DNA of 64,000 bases from Okamejei kenojei (GCA_035221665.1 CM069164.1:18600001-18664000), one strand, 5' to 3'. Positions 12,361 to 24,761 are shown, numbered from the stretch's first letter. Made by a program: numbers and translations. Notes: generated by a model from the sequence alone, not told the origin.

Positions 12361-14039
12361 TCCCACAGCAGGGAAAATAAAACAATTCACTGCAGCACGA
12401 TGTTGTGATGCCTTGGTTCAAAAATAAACATGTTCTTTGCCATTTCCTGGTTTCTAAGCTCTCCCAAGCCAACAAAGGAATGTAGATTGAAAGGAAGGCG
12501 GCGAGACCAACAATTGGTCTTTTCCTGCTACAGTGCCACCTTTTTGTTTGCAGAGGATCACGTCACATCAACCAATAACCGAAAGGGGCGTCAACGGTGT
12601 AGATGCAATATTCTCTGGATAATCAATTAAAGATTTTGACATCTCTTGGAAACATTGGCAAGCTTCGGAATAAGCAAATTGCTCAAAATATCCTACAGTA
12701 CTAAAAAAGGTCAAAACTGAGTGACTTGTTTACATTTTACAAACACAGACAGGAGGGTGGAGACTGCAGAGTCTCGTGAGCCTGCTCCTACATTCTGTAT
12801 AATCAAAGCAGGTTCTGTCATACCAGTCCACTTTCCGTAATGGACCTCACTTCCTCAATGTTTTTTAATGTCCACAATTCTAACAGATACACAGAACTAA
12901 ACTTCCTTCCATTTAGTTTTAATGATGCTCCAGGTTTACAGCTATAATTACTGATATAAACAGTTTATTCCAGATTTATTCAATGACTTCATTAAATTCC
13001 CCAGTCATCACGATGGGATTATAAATTACATTTCCAACAGTGCCAGTTCCAATAATCCCTCTTGGGAGTTTACAGCCTGATGGCATGGACATTGAATTTT
13101 TCGATTTTAGGTAACTAACCTACAAACAACCCTCCTTCCTTCTTTTCCCCCTCTCGCCCCACCAGGATCCACACTAATTTCTCCCCTTCCCCCGTCAACA
13201 TTTGTTCCTTTCTCCGGCTTCACAATTAATACCTCTTCCTATCCTTATATCAAACTTTTTGTCTTTACATCCGTAGCCTCAGTCTAACCATCTCTCTCTC
13301 AAATATAAATCTCCTCCTGTATCCACCCATCCCTTGAGGAGAGAAGAGTCTCGACCCAAAACGTCACATATTCATTCTATCCAGATGCTGCCCGTTTCGC
13401 TGTTACTCCGGCATTTTATGTCTGTCCACCCATCCTTTGCCAGAATTTGTCCTGCCCCCACTTCACTTCCAGCTACACCACTCCTCTCCACGGCAATCAG
13501 TATGAAGAAGGGTCCTGACCCAAAACATCACATATCCATGTCCTCCAGAGACTGACCCACTGAGTTACTCCAACACTTTGTGTGCAGTTTTCATTTGAAT
13601 GCACGTCATTGTGGCTTTCATCACATGTTGCCTTTAGAAATTGTTTTACATGTGTGAATTGATGTCAGATGAACAGATGAGGCAATTGGGAGGATTAGAA
13701 GTACAAAGGATGTGGTCAACACTTTACAGAAAGGAGAGTTGCAGGAGTAAAGTCGAGGCTGATCTGTGGAAGTATCCCTGCGTTGAATAAGAGGTCAATC
13801 TTTGAGACATACTCCACAGGGAGATGGTATAATAATGTTGAAACAATAATTCTGAACGTGACATATATAGTGCAGCAGTCACTGGGAACAACAGTGCTGG
13901 GCCAATGATTGAAAACTGTTCCACCATTGTGGGTTTTACTGGCTTACATCCAAATCCATTATAGACAAAAGAAAAAAAGATCACAGACATCCATCACCAC
14001 TGTTTCCATCTATGAATGACGATTTGAATTGTAGCAGAG

Positions 14040-14345
14040 GGAGCCACAGCACCTCAGCAGTAGGATTTCTGCCTTACAGCACCAGAGACCCAGGTTCAAT
14101 CCTGACTACGGGTGACTACGGGTGCTGCCTGCACGGAATTTGTACGTTCCCCCTGTGACTGCATGGGTATTCTCTGGGTGCTCTGGTATCCTCACACACT
14201 CCAAAGATGCACAGGTTAGTAGGTAAATTGTCCCTAGTGTGTTGGATAGGGTTAGTGTATGGGGTGATAGCTAGTCAGCACAGACAAGTGGGCTGAAGGG
14301 CTTGTTTGCACGCTGTATCTTTAGAGTTTAGCATCTAAAGTAAAG
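14040..14345 (+). mobile_element. tRNA-derived V-SINE (HE1-like)
   Basis: GCCTTACAGCACCAGAGACCCAGGTTCAATCCTGACTACGGG..CTCCAAAGATGCACAGG..GGGCTGAAGGGC. Confidence 0.75.
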
Positions 14346-15649
14346 AACCAGATGGTCACGAGTCTCCATTCATGGTAAGTGGTCAGATCTGGTCAAAGCT
14401 TACTCAACATAGAATTCAACCTGGATTTACTTCATGCGTTATGACTACAGAGAATGACTATGCATCCTGAAAATCTTACTAAAAACTCACGAACAAATAG
14501 GCTCCACATTTTAAAGATTAATCTTGAAATTGAACAGGCCCACTACGTCCAGCACAGCAAAACTCTGATCGTCCATTGTGCTCAGAACTTTTGTGGTGCA
14601 GGACTAGCGAGTTTTTCTAGAAATTATTCTAACGCTCCAACAAACATATTTTTTTTAATATATAAACATTACATCACCGAATTGTCCAGGAAATCATGTG
14701 AGTTGAAAGGGAGCACAGGAATCAGCACCCAGTAAACCAGTTGCCAAAGAATCAGGGTTGCTGAATAGTTGGCTATCAATTGATCTGGATTTTACTCTAG
14801 TCTAATGCTACAGTTGAATTTTACATGGACAAATGATCAAGTAGTCATACGCTCATAAATCATAGGAGTAGAATTAGGCCATTTGGCCCATCAAGTATAC
14901 TCTGTCATTCAATCATGGCTGATCTATCTTTCCCACTCAACGCCATTCTCCTGCCTCCCCCCCCCCCCCCCCCCCCATACGCTTGACGCCCTTGAGTCAA
15001 TGAAAGGGGGGGGGGGGGGGGAAATCACATTCAGACATACAATCTGGGAATTTCTCACCTGGTTCAGATCTGGAATATGTAGAAGGGGGCTAGAGGAAAA
15101 GCCCTCAGTAAATACAAAGGGAACAGTTTAAATGTTGCAGTTCAAAGTATTTCTAGTTCTCCTCTAACATCAGGATTCACTCCATATCCAATCCTTCGGG
15201 ACAACCTTGGTAATATTTGATTGGATAAGGTAGCAGGAATTTTAAGCCTGTGCCCCTGCCTTGCACTTTTCTGTCTGCCTGATGCCAAGCTTCACCATAT
15301 ATTTATACCTGCACAGGGCCAATCTAGAATCAGTCATCAGCTATGGTATTTTTAATGTTTTAAAGTGCAATCTCTTGTTATTTCCTCCAACTAATGTTCT
15401 TGTAAGGCAGGGGTGGCTCACAATGACTCATCCCACCAACCGGCTCACCCACATTATTTAAACAATGCACTGGATGAGACTCACATAAAAAGGAAATGAC
15501 ATGCAATGTCAATCCAGAACACAATAATACTGTACTATTACACCATTGTGGAATAACAAGTTTCAAAGCTCTCTAACTTTTGTATTGAAACTGTCAGAAA
15601 TGACCACATCATTTCTTTAATGTTGTGTTCAGGGTCTGGGGTTGCTAGC

Positions 15650-17735
15650 AAGGTTAAAATGCGCTAACCACACTCAAGGCGGTGGAGGTGAGACATCTGC
15701 TTGAACTGATGTAAATGTTCTAGTGAAGGTACAGTGCTGTTGGGTGTGGAATTCCAGTATCCTGAGCATGCAATGATGGCGGACTGGGAAAGAAAGTCAA
15801 TGGTGAAGCAGCTGAAGACTGTTGGACCATGGACATTGCTGTTTGGAACTCTGCCATGATGTCCTGGGACTGGGCGATTGGTATCATAACTATTGAAGTG
15901 CCTTTGACACACATTACCTTTAATTTTTCAAAAGTATCTTTATGTCACACTCAGTCAAGTGCTGCTTGACGTCAAGTGCAGTCAAAAATCAACTCATCAA
16001 GAAATTAAATGGTTCAGAACCAGATGACGGGTGGGTAAAGATATTAAATATTAAATAGGTATATCTCTCTTAATCTTTCCTTTTTTTTTCTTTTTCTCTA
16101 GCTTCTTCTTTCTGTTTCTCTCGCTATTCGATTCTACTCTCGTCTATTCATCTCTTTTTTCGGGCTTTTCTTATTATATCACAAACTAGCACCATCACCA
16201 TTTTCTACGACACTTTCTATTTTCTTCTTTCTATTATTGCTTTTCATACTGGCTGTTTTATTATTAAATTAAAAATAAGTTGTACAAGAATTGTAATATG
16301 TCTGTATGCATCAGGTACTTGTGTACTACATTACTGTATTCACTTCTAACAAAAATTAAAAACAGATAAAATATTTAAAAAAACAAATCAACTCATCTAT
16401 GGTATTCAACCCTTGCTGTATGTTTGGACCTAGGTCATGGTGAGGTCTGACGCCAAGTAGTCCCAGCAAAACACAAACTGAACAGCAAATAGTTATTGGC
16501 GAGTGCGTGCCACTTTCACCACTGTGCTGATGACTAAGAGCAGAGTGATTGGGTAATTAGCTGCATTTTGTGAGCAACGCACATCAGGGCAACCTTTCAC
16601 ACTGTCAGGTTGATGCCTGTATTCCAACGGTTCAGGAATGGAGCTAGAGGCACGGCTGCTTCTGGAGTCTTCTGTACTAGTTAAGATTTTGGCTGGTCCC
16701 TTGTTGTATCCATTCCTCTCATCTTGATATTTTATGGTGCGAAACAAATTGGCTGGAGACTGGCTTCTATAATGCTGGGGGGGAGGATGAGGGGGAGGGA
16801 CTTTCAGGTTGATAGCAAGATGTTTCATGCACTGGCTGATCACAGTTAAAAATGTTTCATTCTTAAATTTATCACTCCTCTGGTCTCTGCCATCAATGAA
16901 GAGAGGGATGTTTTTGGGACCTCCTCCTCTAGTTAGTTGTTTAATTGTCTATGACTAGATAAGGTGGAACTGCAGAACTTCAATGTTCACAAATGTTTGC
17001 AAGATAAACTTAGCTCTATCAACCACATGCTGTTTACGACCCTTTTGATTTGCTATTGCAACTTCATTAGGATAGCACCTCATCATTTTAGTTGCGACTG
17101 ACGATGACCCCGGCCTGCTCGTCACTGAATCAATGGTGATGCCCTGGCTCATTAGTAATGGGAGTGTGTAGGACATGCTAAACCATAAGCTTGCACATCG
17201 TAACGCTGGACCTTTCTGCTGCTGTTGCTGTTGACAGACCACAGTTGGAAGCCTCTACCATCAGATTCCAGAACAGCTTATTCCACGTTATTATCAGATT
17301 CTTGTGTTGAACATAAACTAAGGAAGGAATCCCCCCATCTTCCAATCAACCTTGTCATGTCCATTATCATTTATTATCTGCACATTCTCTCCAGCTGTAA
17401 CTCGATCCTCCGCACTCTGTTTACGTTCTCCCTTTTCACCACTTGTTGTATTCATGTATGATTTGATTTGTCTGGGTAGCGTGCAAGCAGAGGTTCTCAC
17501 TGTATCTCAGTATACATGACAATAAACCAAGAGAGCCTCATGGATATCCAGTTCTGAGCCGCCAGATTCACTCCATGTCTGCCCCATTTACAGTAGAGTG
17601 ACACGTTACAATCAAGTGCTTCCCTTACACAATGACAGAGCTTCTGTATCCACAATGATGTTGAGAGTCAGTACATTGTTGTTGTCAGTTGCTTCTGTCC
17701 ATGACAGTGGATGAGTGAGGACAAGGTCAATTAGG
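15650..17735 (-). mobile_element. Old, highly decayed LINE reverse-transcriptase remnant
   Basis: The minus strand near 15935-15980 reads approximately LDVK-AALD*V, similar to the RT motif LDIKAAFDRVWH. Many stops and frameshifts; boundaries uncertain. Confidence 0.45.
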
Positions 17736-17969
17736 TTTAGGAAAGAACTGCTGATGTTGGTTTAAATCGAAGGTAGACACAAAATGCTGGAGTAACTCAG
17801 CGGGTCAGGCATCATCTCTGGAGAGAAGGAATGGGTGACGTTTCGAATCCAGACCCTTCTTCGGACTGCCTGCCTGCTGAGTTACTCCAACATTTTGTGT
17901 CTACCTTCAATTAGTTTTATCTCTCACTGCCTGCCACAGACCCATTCTCCAGGTACATCCTTCAAGATA

Positions 17970-18226
17970 GAACGGAGACGGGGAAACACTTTTTCTCACA
18001 GAGTGGTGAGTCTGTGGAATTCTCTGCCTCAGAGGGCGGTGGAGGCAGGTTCTCTAGATGCTTTCAAGAGAGAGCTAGATAGGGCTCTTAAAAATAGCGG
18101 AGTCAGGGGATATGGGGAGAAGGCAGGAACAGGGTACTGATTGGGGATGATCAGCCATGATCACATTGAATGGCGGTGCTGGCTCGAAGGGCCGAATGGC
18201 CTACTCTTGCACCTATTGTCTATTGT
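17970..18226 (+). mobile_element. CR1/HER1-like LINE 3' end (little diverged)
   Basis: FSHRVVSLWNSLPQRAVEAGSLDAFKRELDRAL..GVRGYGEKAGTGY* followed by a 3' UTR and (CTATTGT)n tail. Confidence 0.85.
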
Positions 18227-18268
18227 CCATAAGATTTGCCTAGTTCAGCCAATATGGGACTATCAGTG

Positions 18269-18430
18269 TTTAAGAAGGAACTGCAGATGCTGGAAAATCG
18301 AAGGTAGACAAAAGTGCTGGAGAAACTCAGCGGGTGCAGCTGCATCTATGGAGCGAAGGAAATACGCCCATTTCCTTCGCTCCATAGATGCTGCTGCACC
18401 CGCTGAGTTTCTCCAGCACTTTTGTCTACC
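18269..18430. mobile_element. Penelope-derived fold-back insertion
   Basis: 61-bp inverted arms 18303-18363 / 18370-18430 with one mismatch; 15-bp TSD ATGGGACTATCAGTG (18254-18268 / 18431-18445). Confidence 0.8.
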
Positions 18431-20000
18431 ATGGGACTATCAGTGATGGCATTCAACCTCAGGCAGAGTACAGTGCTCCTTTCCTCCACCATTGTCTGAG
18501 ATTATGGAGCACTGATTCATCAAACAAGGGGGAATGGCAGGTGGTGATCAGGACGAGGATCCTTGCTCAATCCTGACTGATACCATGGGATATTGCAGGG
18601 TTTGGAGTCAAACCTAGGGACTCCAAGGAATGTTTCCCAACCCCCACGATCAGCAATTCAATTCATACGTCAGTGGCACAAAGTATGTTGCAATGGAGGA
18701 GCCATGCAAATCAGGCTGTGGCTTGGGTAGTCTGCGGGCAATTTTCCCAAATGTCACCTATCCTCAGATGTGTGCAAGTCCGAGAGACTGGGAGGAACCT
18801 GGCTGTATCTGGATACAGTGGCAAGGCCGACACCATTTAGGTGCTAATCCTTCTCTGAACATTACATTACAGTAACGGTCAGCGAGTGGTTTGTTGGACT
18901 ACTTCAGAGATTTAAGAGTCAACCACATTGGGGTCACATATGGACCAGCCTGCATTTTGACTTCCGTTCCCCATGGGACATTGCTAAAGCAGATGAGATT
19001 TGAACAACAATCCAGTAGTTTCAATCACCATCAAAGACAATGCCCCAAATTCTACATTGTTGACTGAAGTTCCAACGCTGCTGAAGTTGGATTTGAACCG
19101 GCAACTCTGGGTGATCAGTCAGCAGGAAGAAGGGTCTCGATCCGAAATGTCACTCATTCCTTCTTTTCCCACCGAGTTACTCCAGCATTTTGTGTCTCGG
19201 TGAGAATAACATTGATCCTTTACTACTAACCAAATCTTGGTATGTTGACCTCTTTTTTTAACAAAGTGATTACTAACTCTGTTACTTCATTCTAAGAATC
19301 CCCTCGATCCACGTTAAATATGACCAGGGCGAGCAACCTGGTCATATTTCGGTGCTCAGCTCCAGTCACCAATACCAGCTCTTCTTGTATCTTTGCCGTT
19401 CCTGTCCTCTCCTCTCCCCCCACCACCACCACCACCAAAAAAAAATAAAACACCTACCTGGCTCCCAAAATATCCTTCTTCGCCAGGCCCATTCCAGCTA
19501 AAATTCTCACTCTTAGAATTCGAGATCCTTCCTGCAAACGACAAATCGGCGCGTTAGTGGCCAGAAGCGACGGTGGGGTTTGGGGAGGGGGGCGAGGGGC
19601 AAAGATACTGGAGGAGCTAGTAGATAAACTCTAGTATCTTTGGGGGGAGGCGGTGTCCGGCCACGAATTAGCAGCAAATCAGGTTGCGGGGCATTGGCTC
19701 GGGGCTAAGCTGGCGAGCCCTGATACGTGGGACATGTAGGCCTGAACTCTGCAAGACCCGCCGTTACCGTCTTCTCCCGGGGGGAGAGGTGGCGGTGGGT
19801 GGAAGCCCAGTTGTCGGGGATCCGCATTCTCCACCACCCCGCCTGTACAAGAAGGGCGGGCGATGGAAGCGGGTCCCCCTCTCCCGGCTCGGCCGCGGCA
19901 CACAGTAGCAATCAGCCCCGGAGATCTTTGCTTTGCTTTGGGTGGCGGTGTTGTGTTGAACAAGTAGCGCCTGGGCATTTTTTTTTCTTCTTTTTTTTAC

Positions 20001-20042
20001 CTCGTCGGTGGCGACGCCGCGTACTTCGGGGAACGATGCCAT
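20001..20042 (-). CDS. NEDD4: NEDD4 (HECT E3 ubiquitin ligase) first coding exon, MASFPEVRGVATDE
   Basis: CCCGCCATGG Kozak context; 14 codons then a phase-0 GAG|GTAAAA donor. Resembles the NEDD4 N-terminus as I recall it (human MATCAVEVFGLLEDE). RFX7-NEDD4 adjacency on the same strand is known vertebrate synteny. Exon 2 was not found in the window. Confidence 0.8.
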
Positions 20043-20170
20043 GGCGGGAGGTGTGAGGAGTGGGGGAGACGGCTGTTGCTGCTCGGTGAAGCCCGTTCCT
20101 CGGTCCGGGGACTGAGACTCCAGGCTCGCATGCCGCCCGATCTCTCCCCTGCAGCCGCCGCTGAAAACTT

Positions 20171-20207
20171 GCCGAGCCAAGCCGAGCCGAGCCAAGCCAA
20201 GCCGAGC
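20171..20207. repeat. (GCCRA)n pentamer repeat in the probable NEDD4 5' UTR
   Basis: GCCGA GCCAA GCCGA GCCGA GCCAA GCCAA GCCGA. Confidence 0.85.
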
Positions 20208-20434
20208 CCGCCTCCCCGCAGCGGCAGCGGCAGCAGCGCCCACGCACGCCACGCCCAGGGCCACAGTAACCAAAATAACAAACAGTCACCAGCGTGGAGT
20301 TGCTCGCTGCTCGCTCCCTCCCCAGTGGATACATTGAAACGCATGGGTTAAGACCGGCCGGATATTGCAGAATTGCATTCTGAAATAAAGTAACATTAGC
20401 AATCAATCTTACAAATAGAATCTATAAGAATCTG

Positions 20435-20650
20435 AACCATGTAACAATTACAGCACGGAAACAGGCCATCTCCGCCCTTCTAGTCCGTGCCGAACACTTA
20501 CTCTCACCCAGTCCCATCTACCTGCACTCAGACCATACCCCTCCATTCCCTTCCCGTCCATATACCTATCCAATTTATTTTAAAATGATAAAATCGAACC
20601 TGCCTCCGCCACTTCCACTGGAAGCTCATTCCACACAGATGCCACTCTCT
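20435..20650 (-). mobile_element. CR1/HER1-like LINE 3' end
   Basis: Reverse complement of the same subfamily as 52706-52980. Confidence 0.8.
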
Positions 20651-20879
20651 GAACGCTGGAGCCTGATGATGAAATATCAAAATAAATGGCTGAAGAAGGG
20701 TCTCAACCCGAAACGTCACCCATTCCTTCTCTCCAGAGATGCTGCCTGTGCCCGTCCCGCTGAGTTACTCCAGCATTTTGTGTCTACCTTCAATATCAAA
20801 CAGTTCTGTTGAAGGGTTTACAAATTGAACACTTTGTCGCTTGAGCTGGTGGGCTCACTGTATTTGTAGTATTCTCTTT

Positions 20880-21210
20880 ATATAAGGTGTATAAAATAAT
20901 GAGAGGGATAGATTTGCCCTGAGAGACATCGAGAACCAGACTTGGGTTTAAAGTGAAGGGGGAAAGATTTAATATGAAGGGGGGGGGGTAACTTTTTCAC
21001 ACAAAGGGTGGTGGGTGTATGTAACGAGCTGCCAGGAGGTAGCCGAGACGAGGACTATTGCAACATTTCAGAAACAATTAGACAGGTGCATGGAAAGACG
21101 AGGTTTAGACGGATATGGGCCAAACGCATGCAAATTGGACTGGCGTAGAAGGGACATACATGTTGGAGAAGTTGGAACGAAGGGCCTGTTTCCACGCTGT
21201 ATCACTCTAT
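20880..21210 (+). mobile_element. CR1/HER1-like LINE 3' fragment
   Basis: VYKIMRGID..FFTQRVVGV.NELP-like motifs and a GAAGGGCCTGTTTCC tail. Confidence 0.7.
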
Positions 21211-21866
21211 AACACAGATTTAAATCAGCTGGGTCAAGATTCTGTGTGAAGCTGACCTCTGGCAAAACAAAATGTCTCGTTCGTTTGTGGAAAGTGCTGG
21301 AGTAACTCTGGAGGATTAGCAATGTTTCAATCGGGACTCTTCTTCAGACTGTTTGCGATAGAGGGGAGAAATGGGGGAAGAGGTACTGCCAGACCCGCGG
21401 AGTTACTCCAGGCAAGAATCCAGCATCTACAGTTCACTGTCGTCCGATAGTTTGTTTTGTTGCAGTTCCCTTGTTTCGGGGAATAGTGACATTTCATGCG
21501 TGCGCCGTTAGTCCTGTTTACAAGGGGTTTCAGTTTCTAGGATGAGTGGTGAGAGCAAAGGCCACCCGCGGCTCTCAAGGGAGGAACCGACCAAAGCGAA
21601 CCTTTCAGTCTCATCAGATCCCAGGCAGGCGCTGTGCAACATCAGAACACCTTGGTCTGCCTGAAGCTCGCTGGTCCCACAGTGCAAGACCTCTGCAACA
21701 CTCCCAGATGCGGGAACAGGTGGCGAGGGGTTCACTGGTCTTGGTGCAGCCAGAACAGATCTGTGGGAAAGGACCACAGTCTTAACTCCACCATAGACTG
21801 AAGGACTCCCACACACTTCACTGATGCAGCGTTTCATGTTGACATCCTGTGATGTAATGCATTGAG

Positions 21867-22008
21867 CTTCTTCTTATTCTTTCGTGTGGCGTGCACAGCC
21901 TAAAGTTGTAGGACAACTTGTTCTATTTGATCTTCTGTTTGTGCGCGTCGAGTTGATTGCATTGGTCGAAACAGGGCGGACCACGTGAAGGTTGCAATCT
22001 TCCACCCC
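21867..22008 (-). mobile_element. HDV-ribozyme-headed short non-autonomous retroelement, copy 1 (intact ribozyme)
   Basis: Near-identical to copies at 24634, 25944 and 58974; shared 5' end GGGGTGGAAG; (GAA)n tail. Confidence 0.85.
21955..22008 (-). ncRNA. Minimal HDV/CPEB3-like self-cleaving ribozyme (54 nt)
   Basis: P1 GGGGUGG/CCGCCCU with G1-U wobble; J1/2 AA; P2 GAUUGCA/UGCAAUC; P3 ACC/GGU; L3 UUCACGU; P1.1 GU; residual P4 UUCGA; J4/2 CCAA. Confidence 0.8.
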
Positions 22009-23508
22009 CTTGAACTGCTCGTGGAGTGGTTAGATATCGGCATTCCGATTCTATGTGATGTGATTGTTATCAATAAAATATATGTAGGAGATGGCGCATA
22101 TATCTTTCACCTGAATGGCAAATCTGTCTGGTCATTCTGAATTAATTTGTTCTTCTAAGCAAACCCTTTAGAAATTGGTGATTCCAATTGAAAATAGGGG
22201 GCACTTAACTAAACAACAGGTTACTTGGCGTTCTTGTCGTTGCTTCCCCCCACTTCTCAACTGAAGGTGTGTGCAATGCTTCAATAACAAAGTCTAGGTT
22301 TACCTGCTTATTATGCAGCCACTCGTGGACCAGCCGTCACCTGAGCCCTTCGGAGTTCGGTGTTCTCTATTTTATTGCAAAATTTATAATATTCGGTGTT
22401 CTCTATTTTATACAAAATTATCAAATTTGGTGCAAATTTAGATTAAAATGGGACTGATGTTTTGAGAAGTGAACTTGAACTATGCTGAGGAAAGGTTGGA
22501 TGGGAGAAAGTAGGGACATAAATCAGCATGTATATTAGTTGCAAATACTAGATAGATCACAGGTGCACAGAGACAGATCAGATATACATGGAAGCAGAAC
22601 TGAAGAAGAGTTCTCAAAAATATATCAACGTTTTAAAGGATTTAAATTTTCTGATGGATATTGGAATATCTTGAAAGGGATTATCCGTTTCTTGTATATA
22701 TTGTACCATCATATCTCCATTTCCAGGACAGAGTTTTGTTAAGATTAATTTAGCTTCTCAAACTATTATGAATTTGGGCTTCCACTGGATTATCTCAGGT
22801 ATCTGATAATATCTCCATTACACCACTGTTCTTTATTATAAGCAGGTCCAGGCGAGCTCTGTAATTGATCCCGAGAATTAGTGTCATAACCGCGTTACGG
22901 AACATTGTGCCAACACACCTTCCCTGATTGATGGGGAGGAACACCTATGCAGACAGAGCATAACATTTACAGATAAATAGCCAGTGCTTGCCCACAGCCA
23001 AATCCATGCTTTGTCAACACACTGTCCAGATCACAAGGAAAATCTAGAGCCAGAGAAAATGTTTTCTGGAGATTAAACAATACTTGTGAGAAATTATTTA
23101 TTATTTTTGTAACATTGCTTTTAGCCATAAATTTCATTCGGGGTAAATTACCGAAGATGAAGGTTCAAAGCACTCCAAGTATATATGGAGTGATTTTGTG
23201 GAAATCAAATTTTCCTGCCCCTTCAGAAGATCCACCACCTCCTAATATTTTTTAATGGTTCCCCCAACACTAGTGCCTCTGCTAATGGTCCTCAAATAGC
23301 ACCTTGTGAATGAGAAATGTAAGGAAATAAGAATGTGTATTATCCAAAGATGTAATTAATTGTCAGGGCCATGTACATTCCCATATGCATCTTTATTTTG
23401 TAAACCAGCATCTGCAGTTGCTTGTGTGAACACTTGGCAATCCTACTCAGTATAACTCCACATGTCATCTATGGGAATATATGTGCCATGTAGACATTGA
23501 GAAGTGTT

Positions 23509-24025
23509 CACACAAGGAACTGCAGAAGCTGGTTTACAAAAACAGACACAAAGTGCCAGAGTAACTCAGCGAGTCATGCAGCACCTCTGGAGAACATGAC
23601 TTTTGGGCCGGGACCCTTCTTCAGACTGTTGTGTAAGGGGGCAAGAGGAGAAGATATGAAGAGAGGATGGAGCGGAAAACCCGCTTTGGCAAGTGAGAGG
23701 TGGGGGAGGAGGTGATAGCCAGATGGTTGGACAATTGCTCCCTTTCCCATCCATCCCCTTGTATCCCTTCCTCCGGCTTAACATTGTACACTTCTAACCT
23801 TACCTTAGTCTTTCATCTCTGGCCTTTATCAAACCATCTGCCTATCAAAAATCCCATCCACCTATCACTTGGCAGCTTTTGTCATGTCCCTATCTCTTAT
23901 CCATCTTTCTCCATCCTTCACTTCCTACAATCAGTCTGAAGAAGGATCCCGGCCCGAAGCGTCACTTACCCATGTTTTCCAGAGATGCTGCCTGACCCAT
24001 TGAATTACTCCAACACTGTATTTTT
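23509..24025. mobile_element. Penelope-derived insertion with inverted pLTR halves
   Basis: 13-bp TSD ATTGAGAAGTGTT (23496-23508 / 24026-24038); degenerate hammerhead motifs in both orientations. Confidence 0.7.
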
Positions 24026-24633
24026 ATTGAGAAGTGTTTACCTATTGATGGGGGAGGGGTGTGGCGCGGTTGGAAGAAATTAGAATAGTAAATTCTACCC
24101 GAGAAGGATGGCTGCAAAGAGATTTCTCTGCTCATTTAAGAAACAGGGAAGCAACGTATTATCCCTAAAATTAATGTAGGATGTATTCCGTCATGAATCT
24201 CTTTTTCTAATTACTTGGGTGATCCAGCAGCCAAGGAACTAAAGTGCTGCCTAAATACCTGTAATATGAGCTGGTAAGTCATGACGACTTTGTCTCAGGT
24301 ACACAAGGAACCGAAGATGCTTAAATCTTGAGCAAATCAAAGTGCTGGGGTAACTCAGCAAGTATCTGTGAAGGTAAAGGACATACAACCTTTCCGGGAG
24401 ACAGAACGACCTGTCCTTTGCTCCATCTGTTTAAAGGTTGCTGTTCTGAAACATTATCTGTCCATTCCCTCCACAGATACTGCCTGGCCTGCTTATTTAC
24501 TCTAATACATTGTTTTGCTCAATACTTCAACTCACTTTTAATTTCCTTTCCAAAGAACTTTAAGATCGACACCCAGTGCTCAGATTGAAATGTTTAGAAA
24601 GCACAAGTAACTACTTGACCACAAAATTGACTG

Positions 24634-24761
24634 TTCTTCTTCTGTCGTGTGGCGTGCACAGCCTAAAGTTGTAGGACAACTTGTTCTATTTGATCTTCCG
24701 TTTGTGCACGTCGAGTTGATTGCATTAGTCGAACCAAGTGAAGGTTGCAATCTTCCACCCC
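24634..24761 (-). mobile_element. HDV-ribozyme-headed retroelement, copy 2 (P1 3' strand deleted)
   Basis: Same body and 5' end as copy 1; ~10-nt internal deletion; imperfect TSD AAAATTGACTGTT / AAAAGGACTGTT. Confidence 0.8.

Larger units (their letters stand above)
19540..20365 (-). promoter_or_regulatory. NEDD4: CpG island covering the NEDD4 promoter, 5' UTR and exon 1
   Basis: The only strongly GC- and CpG-rich non-repeat stretch in an AT-rich window. It surrounds a Kozak-context ATG and a splice donor. Confidence 0.85.

Noticed and set aside
19679-20406. Cluster of 70-170-aa overlapping ORFs
   Set aside because: A by-product of the stop-poor GC-rich CpG island; only the 14-codon exon with Kozak context and a splice donor is supported.
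24718-24761. Active ribozyme in copies 2 and 4 (copy 4 at 58974-59015)
   Set aside because: Internal deletions remove the P1 3' strand or P3', so the pseudoknot cannot form.
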